From the NCBI GenBank assembly GCA_038227875.1, contig JBBRPR010000037.1, positions 20,502-84,501 of the forward strand: DNA of 64,000 nucleotides, in the 5' to 3' direction. Position numbers and translations under genes: made by a program. Origin of the DNA: Planctomycetota bacterium (GTDB taxonomy: Bacteria > Planctomycetota > SZUA-567 > H5-PLA8). This document shows, piece by piece, positions 56,993 to 64,000 of this stretch (position 1 is its first letter; the number at the start of each line of letters is the position of its first letter). The notes under the pieces were generated by a model. That model was not told the origin of the DNA and searched no databases. It saw nothing but the letters and a program-made list of their open reading frames with translations.

Positions 56993-58876
56993 CTACTTGC
57001 CGTCGCTCTTCGGCTCGGGAAGCTGCCACGCGCGTACGTAGTCGATAACGAAATCGTCGGGCAACTTCGCGTCGTCGAGCGGGCTGTTGTCCCAGCCGCC
57101 GCAGGGCAGCGTGAACATCAAGTGCTCGGGTACATCGCCGACGCGCGGATTTTCGTAGCGCAGCACTTCATGACCGTTGCAGTAGTACACCAGCAGGCCC
57201 TTCTGCCAGAGCAGGCCGGAGACAATGTAACCGTCCTTGTCGGGCTGCGCGTAAATCTTGTCGGTGCCGGTGGCCTTGTGATCCTTCCCGTAGCCGTCCC
57301 AGTGCATCGCGATGTTGTAGCGGTGCGGTCCCCAGCGCGTGAGGTACTCCATGATGTCGAATTCCATGCCGCCATGGCCTGTGTCGGAACGTTTCCAATC
57401 TTCGCCCGCCTCCGGGCCGCGGTCAGGCATCATCCAGAAGGCCGGCCAGAGCCCCGGCGCGGTGGGCAGTTTCATGCGCGCTTCGAAATAGCCGTAGCGC
57501 TGCGTGAACTTGCCAAAGCTGGTGAGGAAGCCGACGGCGTAATCGGTTTCCTGCCGTTTCGGATCGTCGTTGTGGTGACCGTGTTTTTTCTCGAACCGGA
57601 TTTTCACCACGCCGCCGCCGAGAATCACGTTGTCCTTGCTGAAGTGGCTGGACTTGTCCCAGTAATTCTCGCCGGTGATCGACCAGATTTTATCGTCGAG
57701 TTTTCCCGATTCGAAATTCTCGTCGAGCGTCACTTTCCAATCGCCCGGAACCGGCGGCCGTTTGCCGAGCCACTCCGGCGCCTCGAAGACCGGGACGCCG
57801 GCCTTGATCGACGTGACCGAAAGCTTGCGCGCCGCCGCGGCTGCGTCGATCGCGAAGTCCACTTCCGTGGCCTTGTCGTTGACGAACTGCGTGCCCGTGC
57901 CTTTTTCGCCGTTCCAGATCGACGCGCTGAAGAACGGGATGACCAGCTCAGCGTCCGCATTCGGCGCGAGTTCCGCCAGGGCGCTCCAGTCGGTGGGCCC
58001 GGAGGTGCTCGACACGCGCGCCTTGAGTTTCAGCGGCGCGTCGCCGGAGTTGTGAAGTTTGACGCGGACTTCCAGTGCGTCGCGGAGATCCCAGCGGCCC
58101 GCCGCGAGTTTGTAGACGAGCGAACTTTCGGCCGTGCCCGCGGGAATGGCGATGGCCAGTTCGGAACCGGCGGGGGTGCTCGATACCGGCAGGTCTTTGC
58201 GGTCGAGCGACGCCACGCTTTCCGGCTGCGCGAGACCGGGGCCCAGCAGCAGGCCGTCCTTGGGCTTGTGCGCCTGCACGCGCGGATCGTCGGAGGGCTT
58301 CTCGCCGGTGGAACCGGCAGCCTGCAGCGATTCGATGCGGAAACTCCGTACCGTGTCCGTCTTACTCGAGAAGACGACCAGATTGGAGACGGCTTCAGGC
58401 TTCAGCTTGTAGCCGGGCTGTCCGCCGTACGAATAACCAAAGTGGACGACCAGCGTTTCCGTCGCGCCGGGAGCAATGGTGATGTTTTCCGAATTCCAGG
58501 GGTTGAGCTTGAAGTCAGCGGCGTTGTCGACGCGCAAATTCAGCGCGAGCGGTGCGGTGCTGGAGTTGGTCAGCTTCGCTTCGATGCGGCCGAAATTCCC
58601 CAGGTCGAACGGCCCGCCCACCGGCGTAATCGAAACTCCCGGATATCCATCCTTGCCCGGCTGAATCGTGACGCTCACGCCGCCGGTGGTCGATCCGTCG
58701 ATCGGCTTCACACTGATCTGCTCGCTGCTGCCGCTGATCTTCGGCGCGCCGCCTGTTCCGGTTGAGACGAGTAGCGGCCGCACTGCGCCGTCGGCGGCGC
58801 AAACGAACGACGCGGTCGCGGCGAGTATCACACTGACAGCGAGCGCGACTGTACGACTTCCGGAATGGGTGAGCAT
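56993..58876 (-). CDS. Secreted glycoside hydrolase family 16 with N-terminal CBM-like domains
   Basis: YGYFEARMKLP, GLWPAFWMM, catalytic EFDIME, IDYVRAWQ. Confidence 0.88.
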   Translation of the reverse strand: MLTHSGSRTVALAVSVILAATASFVCAADGAVRPLLVSTGTGGAPKISGSSEQISVKPIDGSTTGGVSVTIQPGKDGYPGVSITPVGGPFDLGNFGRIEAKLTNSSTAPLALNLRVDNAADFKLNPWNSENITIAPGATETLVVHFGYSYGGQPGYKLKPEAVSNLVVFSSKTDTVRSFRIESLQAAGSTGEKPSDDPRVQAHKPKDGLLLGPGLAQPESVASLDRKDLPVSSTPAGSELAIAIPAGTAESSLVYKLAAGRWDLRDALEVRVKLHNSGDAPLKLKARVSSTSGPTDWSALAELAPNADAELVIPFFSASIWNGEKGTGTQFVNDKATEVDFAIDAAAAARKLSVTSIKAGVPVFEAPEWLGKRPPVPGDWKVTLDENFESGKLDDKIWSITGENYWDKSSHFSKDNVILGGGVVKIRFEKKHGHHNDDPKRQETDYAVGFLTSFGKFTQRYGYFEARMKLPTAPGLWPAFWMMPDRGPEAGEDWKRSDTGHGGMEFDIMEYLTRWGPHRYNIAMHWDGYGKDHKATGTDKIYAQPDKDGYIVSGLLWQKGLLVYYCNGHEVLRYENPRVGDVPEHLMFTLPCGGWDNSPLDDAKLPDDFVIDYVRAWQLPEPKSDGK

Positions 58877-58974
58877 GGTGCGATGGTCCTCAATGTTGGC
58901 GAAGCGTACGAAGTAGTGGAAGTGTATACACCGGGCTGTTGAACTTGCGGGAAATTGTCCACTGATACTGCACT

Positions 58975-59475
58975 TCAACGGTTGGACAGTGCATCTTTCA
59001 ATATATTTCTGTTCTCCGCATCCCGCTCAACAGCTAGCGCTTTACGAAGAATTGCTGTTACCCTATCTCCGCCGATCTGCTCCACCGCCGTGATACTTGC
59101 GAATCGAATGTCGGAGTCCTCGTTTTCAACCAATGCCGCGAGTTCCTCAACCAGCGATGGATCGGGAAAGTTCACTGCAATTTGCGCTGACCAATACAGT
59201 ATATCGCGATTCCTGATTTGCAGTGCGATTCTCAATTGAGGTACGACCTTCGTTGCAGGAAATCGTATCATAAGGTCTTCGACCAGCTGATAGACACCAA
59301 AAGCGCATTTCTTTGTGTTGCCAAAGGAATGCAGGAAAAGTGGGATGCAGGCCTCGTCCGGATGATCACAAAAGAATTTTCGTACGTCATCGTATAGTTG
59401 TGCGCAGGAAGATTTTTGAGCATCGGTCATGACGGTATAGTTTCTGAGAAACTGTAGCGCATCGTCAACTGTCAT
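58975..59475 (-). CDS. HEAT-repeat protein, possible orphan immunity protein
   Basis: CIPLFLHSFG..FGVYQLVED; EDSDIRFASITAVEQIGG; lower GC than flanks. Confidence 0.65.
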   Translation of the reverse strand: MTVDDALQFLRNYTVMTDAQKSSCAQLYDDVRKFFCDHPDEACIPLFLHSFGNTKKCAFGVYQLVEDLMIRFPATKVVPQLRIALQIRNRDILYWSAQIAVNFPDPSLVEELAALVENEDSDIRFASITAVEQIGGDRVTAILRKALAVERDAENRNILKDALSNR

Positions 59476-59497
59476 GGATAGAGTTCCCGGGGCGCTC

Positions 59498-59534
59498 AAA
59501 TAAAAGCGGGGTGAAGCTTCCGCCTCACCCCGCT
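59498..59534 (-). terminator. Intrinsic terminator
   Basis: AGCGGGGTGA...TCACCCCGCT followed on the minus strand by TTTATTT. Confidence 0.7.
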
Positions 59535-59556
59535 CATCGTTCATCAATCACGTTCA

Positions 59557-59940
59557 TCATTCGGTAGTTGCGCTGGTGACCTGGGTATTTTCGTCGTACT
59601 TCAGCGTGATCGTGGAGATGTCCGTCAGTTTGTAACCTTTCCAATAGACCGATTTGCCGCCGACTTCCCAGACGATGCTGATGTCCCACTTCGCAGCCGT
59701 GGCCTTCGGGCTGAAGGTGATGTTCAGTGTTTCGCCGTCCTTGAGCACCTTCTTCAGGATGTTCGTGCCCCAATCGTCGGAGGCGCTCGGCGCAATATAC
59801 AATTCCTTGATCCCCCAGCCCGTGCTGTTGACGAGCTTGAAGTCGAGGTTCAATTCTTCGGCTTTAACGGACGACGTGTTGAGCACGCCGCAGAGCAACA
59901 TACCGAGTCCCAACAAGAACAACATGTTTTTGTATTTCAC
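59557..59940 (-). CDS. Small secreted beta-rich protein, copy 2
   Basis: GTG start after GAAAGGA; near-identical mature protein to 54277-54660. Confidence 0.78.
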   Translation of the reverse strand: MKYKNMLFLLGLGMLLCGVLNTSSVKAEELNLDFKLVNSTGWGIKELYIAPSASDDWGTNILKKVLKDGETLNITFSPKATAAKWDISIVWEVGGKSVYWKGYKLTDISTITLKYDENTQVTSATTE

Positions 59941-60112
59941 AGCCAGTTCCTTTCCCAAGTGAGCTTCTGACGCTGCAAGTATAGATTTGCTTTTCAAGTT
60001 AAGTATATGTAACGCTTTGCATATTCGGATGGTTCGAAAATCGTTCATTGGCATACCGCATTGGCACACCCAACCGTCAAGAAAACTTAAGTGAACTCAG
60101 CAGCTAAAAAAG

Positions 60113-60865
60113 TTAAATGGTGAGTGCGTCAATGCCATTAATTAAGGCCACCAGAAACGTCCTCTTCCCATTAGCTCCGTACTCAACGGGATAGGCGACC
60201 AAGGCCACGCCGAGCGTCATCTTGCCATCCACAACGTATGATTTCTTGCCGCCTGCAACCTTGTCGCCTTGTGCTTTCAAAACCCTGAAACAGTAATTGC
60301 AAAGCGGCTTGGGGTTCGGCAAATCTCCTTCAGCGTTTGCAAATGACAAAGAAGTACGGCTCTCCACGCCATCTTCCCCCTTGAGTTTCTGAGCGAACTG
60401 CACTACCCCCGTTGCCTTCTTCTTCTCGTATGCAATCTGCCCCGCTGAATCGCCGAACTGCTTGCACCAATGAACGGCGAGCATTTCATTGACTTCGCCA
60501 ACGCGGTCGGGAGCAACCTTCGACAAGGCAGTAACCGCCGTGAGAGAACCAGTGTGCTTGATTTCATATTCAAGCAGAGGTACAGCATCCTTCGCCTTTG
60601 GACCAATTTGTCCGAAGGCAATCGTTGCGGCTTCACGTACCTGTGAAAGTTGGAAAGTGGGCATACCTTTATAGGCTTGCTTGAACGCCAAAATCAGCGC
60701 GGGAACCGCAGGGCTTGCGGTTTCGCCCATTTTTCCGAGAGCAGTAGCAGCTTCAATGCGAGTTGGCACGTCAGCGTCGGAAAGCTTCTTTGAAAGAGTC
60801 TCGACTTCCCCGGCCAGTATAGCACCACTGAGGAATATGACGCAGCCTAACAAACAAGTTTTCAT
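60113..60865 (-). CDS. Secreted HEAT-repeat protein with DUF2950-like C-terminal segment
   Basis: TRIEAATALGKMG, VREAATIAFGQIGP; YCFRVLKAQG..GG..YVVDGKM..GVALVAYPVEYG. Confidence 0.65.
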   Translation of the reverse strand: MKTCLLGCVIFLSGAILAGEVETLSKKLSDADVPTRIEAATALGKMGETASPAVPALILAFKQAYKGMPTFQLSQVREAATIAFGQIGPKAKDAVPLLEYEIKHTGSLTAVTALSKVAPDRVGEVNEMLAVHWCKQFGDSAGQIAYEKKKATGVVQFAQKLKGEDGVESRTSLSFANAEGDLPNPKPLCNYCFRVLKAQGDKVAGGKKSYVVDGKMTLGVALVAYPVEYGANGKRTFLVALINGIDALTI

Positions 60866-60892
60866 TTGACGTTTCCCGCGCCACCAAATTGG

Positions 60893-61444
60893 CTACAACA
60901 TCCCGTCTCTCATTTGCTCCAAGATTACAGACCACCAGTTGTCCGGGTCTGTCAGAGCACTCTTATCGACACTTCGGAATTCCTTTTCAATGGCATCAAT
61001 GATAGGCTGAGCCTCTTCTTCCGATAGGTTGGGTATTTTAGGATTGTCGAGATAGTCTCGTTTATGCACGGTCAAGAAAAGCCCAAGTTCTCGCACACCA
61101 GAGTTGACGTAGCGTGTCATAAGCTTTTGCTTGGAGTCAACCGAAAGCACCGCTCCGCTCTGACTTTCATCCAAGCAAATAGACGGTTGACCATCCTCTG
61201 AGCCAATTACTTTGAGCCGTTTCCACTCTTTAGGCGCATTACGCTCTCCGCCAATATCCGTCATCGTCGGAATCCTGTTGTGCAGTTCAAAAGTCAGCAA
61301 AAGATGTTCATAATTGGGAAGTCCAATCCTCTGAAGATACTCCTTTTGGTCAGTGGGTATCAGGAGTCCTTCAATAGCGGTCTTGCTGGCTTTCTGAAGT
61401 TCAGCCGCAGTCCAAAGTGTTTGTGTATCCTTCTCCGAAACCAT
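60893..61444 (-). CDS. SUKH-4 family immunity protein
   Basis: YLQRIGLP, VIGSEDG..ICLD..SGAV, YVNSGV, VDKSAL...WWSVILEQM; GAGGAG RBS; directly downstream of the toxin. Confidence 0.82.
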   Translation of the reverse strand: MVSEKDTQTLWTAAELQKASKTAIEGLLIPTDQKEYLQRIGLPNYEHLLLTFELHNRIPTMTDIGGERNAPKEWKRLKVIGSEDGQPSICLDESQSGAVLSVDSKQKLMTRYVNSGVRELGLFLTVHKRDYLDNPKIPNLSEEEAQPIIDAIEKEFRSVDKSALTDPDNWWSVILEQMRDGML

Positions 61445-61471
61445 TTCTCGACTCCTCACGTCGGTATTGCT

Positions 61472-62488
61472 TCATTCCTCAAGGAACTTCAAGGACATTT
61501 GCAGCGCCTTCTTACCTGCGCGTCGAGAAGCTTCCGTAGCCCCATACTCAAAGCTATATGATACCTGCGCATTCGGGAAGGTACGAGCAATGAAATTCTT
61601 GCACATTCCGCCCGGAATTGAGCACGGCTCGAATTCGCTGTAGATTTGACTCACTCGCCCCGGACTGACGCCCAATGATTCAAGTTCTCTTGCGATAAGG
61701 CGTTCTGCGTGGCCCCCACCGAGTCCTTTTTGGCTGAACCCCGCAATCCTACTTACTACTCCACCTTCACTTTGATATTCGAATACGGAGACATTTCTTG
61801 CAGTAAACACGCCTTGCTCTTGACGGAATGCCTGTGCAAATTGACTCAACTCGGTCGAGCCGTAATCAACCAGTTGCGCGTCTGCAAGCCCTGAAACTGC
61901 GGGTGCGGTAGCGCCAAGAGAAGCCGCCGCGAAGGCTACGTTCGCCGCCTTTACGACATTACCTTGCGTCCGAGCCGTAGCCTGAGTCATCGTAATGGAC
62001 GGCTCATGGCGAGACGCAAAGTAATTTGCTAAATCGAGTTCTGCCTGAACTTCGTCTTGGTCATCAATTCCAATGATGGAACCGATTCTGTAATAGGCTC
62101 GTCCCCAATATTTCAGAGGACCGATGTCGTTTTCAATAGCGCCTGCCAATGGCTTCGCCGCATCAACCGTAGCAGCGCGGTCGGCTAAATAAGCCTGACG
62201 CTCGGAAACTCTTTTTTGCGCCGGGTGAACCCACGCTTCAAACTTCGCGAATCCAGCAGCTTGCGCGTCACCAACTTCACCCGGTGTATGAGGTCCACTC
62301 GACAAACGGGTCGATTCAAACTCACCGGCAGTTATGTTGGCAAGAGCGCCGCCGCTGTTTTCACCAGCGACACCTCTTGAAAATAGACGAAAGACTTCAT
62401 CATTGATGGTATATCCATTGTTGAAAACAACTTTGTGACTGCTCGGAATCGTGGGGTTGGTAGCTTTTCCAATCATGAATCTATTAAC
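61472..62488 (-). CDS. Polymorphic toxin C-terminal part with Zn-dependent nucleic-acid deaminase (XOO_2897-like); probably 5'-truncated by the IS
   Basis: GHAERLI...IYSEFEPCSIPGGMCKNFI...FPNAQVSYSFEYG; frame open from the IS junction (VNRF-MIGK). Confidence 0.78.
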   Translation of the reverse strand, partial: VNRFMIGKATNPTIPSSHKVVFNNGYTINDEVFRLFSRGVAGENSGGALANITAGEFESTRLSSGPHTPGEVGDAQAAGFAKFEAWVHPAQKRVSERQAYLADRAATVDAAKPLAGAIENDIGPLKYWGRAYYRIGSIIGIDDQDEVQAELDLANYFASRHEPSITMTQATARTQGNVVKAANVAFAAASLGATAPAVSGLADAQLVDYGSTELSQFAQAFRQEQGVFTARNVSVFEYQSEGGVVSRIAGFSQKGLGGGHAERLIARELESLGVSPGRVSQIYSEFEPCSIPGGMCKNFIARTFPNAQVSYSFEYGATEASRRAGKKALQMSLKFLEE

Positions 62489-64000
62489 GTGATTGTTTAG
62501 CGACCTGAGCCGTCGCGCGCAGTTCGTGATGGAGTGGAAAAGGACAAGCGTGGGGCGCCGCCGGGCGGTGCGCGCATGGTCGCGGAGAGAAAGGTGAGCG
62601 CATCACGTCCATGTTGATGTAGGGTTCTCAGAATGGACATCAGGATTTCCTGGGCGTGGGCCCCGGGATCAGTGCGGTTGCCACCCCAGACCTTGCGGTT
62701 GACGACTGCTGGACGAATGCTTTGTTCGGCGCGCCAGTTGGTGGCGTCAAGATTGGGACGGCGCAAGTAGTTGAAGACTTCTCCGATATGAAAATTCAGG
62801 AATGATGCGAAGCGCTGGTTGTCAGCGCAGGTCTTCGGACCGCAAATGCCGGCCAATCGTTCGGTGAGATGCTTGGCTTTCGCGGTGGCCTGCGCGAGTG
62901 AAATGTCTCCGGCATCGCGCTTGTCGCGCACTGCGAAACCTTCCTGAAGGAGCGCCTTGACCTGACGCGGAAAGTTAACCGCCCCACGCGTTGCTGTCTC
63001 CAGAATGTGGTCGCAACGCCGCAGCAGATGCTGATTGCATTGTCCGTGGCATGCGTTCACAAACCGATCGTAGGGTGCCCATCCATCGTGAGTCAGGTCG
63101 CCGTCGTAATCCGCGCCGAGAGCCTCCGCAGCAACGTCAAAGCCGCGGCTGGGCCGAATCAAATACAGCGTACCCAGTTCGGTCACGAAGACGTGCAACC
63201 AGCGCAGGCGTCCACCGACGCGCCAGCCGGTTTCGTCGGGCACACACCAAGCACTCTGGCGCACGACAATCTGGATATCTCGATAGGCCTGGACGCATCG
63301 TTGCGCGGTCCGCATCATAATCTGCGCCGACGCTCCACGCGTCAGCGTGGTATGGCAGAATGCCGAAAGCACGCCAATCACTTTGCCATGCGACAGACCG
63401 TATTCTTTATTGAGCGTCGTGGCTAGGGACTGCGCGTTCGACCCCATCTGACTTGCAGCTGCACCCAAGGCATCGGAAGTCTGTAGCTTGTGCCGGCCTT
63501 GGACACGACGGTGGCAGCGAGAACAATGGCCGACGGCCACGTTGAATTTTCGGTAGATGGGTTCGACACGTGGAATCTCGGTCTGATACTGAGCCGCCGT
63601 CCGTTCAAACACAATCTCGCCCGCAAGTCCACAGCAGGGACAACATTCCGGCAACACCGCGTCGTAGGTCTCATCGATGCGCGGCGGAATGGCGCGATGC
63701 GCGTGAAAGCCATGGTCTTCGCCGCTCTTACGCCCAGGCGTTCTGGGAGCAGGCTTCGGTGGTCGCTCGGAGAAAGGTGCCGCTTGACGTTTTCCTGCGC
63801 GCCGGATCTCTTCGACGAGTTGCTTGAGCTTCTCGACGTCGCGCTTGAGCCGTTCGACTTCAGAACGCAGCCGCTCATTCTCTGCGGCCAGTTCATCATA
63901 CGTGGGGCGCGGTGTCTCAGCCATGCCCTACACATGCCCACCGCACTCTAAAAAATTCCTCGAAATGGCAGAATTCTGGCGTGGGGCGCTAAACAAGTAC
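62489..64000 (-). mobile_element. IS66-family insertion sequence (single-ORF type)
   Basis: Terminal inverted repeats GTGATTGTTTAGCGACC (62489) and reverse complement of 63984-64000 GTACTTGTTTAGCGCCC (14/17 match). Confidence 0.88.
62497..63924 (-). CDS. IS66-family DDE transposase
   Basis: N-terminal coiled coil, CPCCG..CSRC zinc ribbon, DETGW, DGWAPY, QCNQHLLR, TNWRAEQSIRPAV. Confidence 0.93.
   Translation of the reverse strand: MAETPRPTYDELAAENERLRSEVERLKRDVEKLKQLVEEIRRAGKRQAAPFSERPPKPAPRTPGRKSGEDHGFHAHRAIPPRIDETYDAVLPECCPCCGLAGEIVFERTAAQYQTEIPRVEPIYRKFNVAVGHCSRCHRRVQGRHKLQTSDALGAAASQMGSNAQSLATTLNKEYGLSHGKVIGVLSAFCHTTLTRGASAQIMMRTAQRCVQAYRDIQIVVRQSAWCVPDETGWRVGGRLRWLHVFVTELGTLYLIRPSRGFDVAAEALGADYDGDLTHDGWAPYDRFVNACHGQCNQHLLRRCDHILETATRGAVNFPRQVKALLQEGFAVRDKRDAGDISLAQATAKAKHLTERLAGICGPKTCADNQRFASFLNFHIGEVFNYLRRPNLDATNWRAEQSIRPAVVNRKVWGGNRTDPGAHAQEILMSILRTLHQHGRDALTFLSATMRAPPGGAPRLSFSTPSRTARDGSGR

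Noticed and set aside
54277..59940. Possible diversity-generating retroelement TR/VR pair
   Set aside because: Mismatches are mostly synonymous and not adenine-specific, both copies are whole genes, and there is no reverse transcriptase in the window

Overview
GC-rich bacterial chromosomal window. The gene content (ECF sigma factors paired with a Ser/Thr kinase or a zinc anti-sigma fusion, DUF1080, PQQ-like propeller, prenyltransferase-repeat and HEAT-like proteins) suggests Planctomycetota; this is an inference. Most of it is mixed housekeeping and signalling: flagellin 3' end, PilC/GspF, accA, LpxL-like acyltransferase, fdhA, thiS/thiG, eboE plus an alkaline-phosphatase-family gene, pepT, lnt, a trmB-like gene, two hybrid histidine kinases, GH16 and large surface proteins. 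The best candidate for an undescribed system is a three-domain protein at 16598-18235: 2Fe-2S ferredoxin, class III adenylate cyclase and a heme peroxidase resembling plant/algal APX-R. All catalytic motifs are present, it is translationally coupled to a receiver-like ORF, and it sits upstream of an ECF/anti-sigma pair. The right end is a visibly lower-GC polymorphic-toxin locus: a deaminase toxin, SUKH-4 immunity and HEAT proteins. An IS66-family element that ends exactly at the window edge abuts, and probably truncates, the toxin. Intergenic DNA is rich in structured repeats: heptamer arrays, REP-like palindromes, a ~287-bp tandem duplication, two phased GTAACATT triplets, and two related CAATTG-centred palindromes. 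No rRNA, tRNA or CRISPR array was seen. All calls come from motif recognition by eye; no searches were run.
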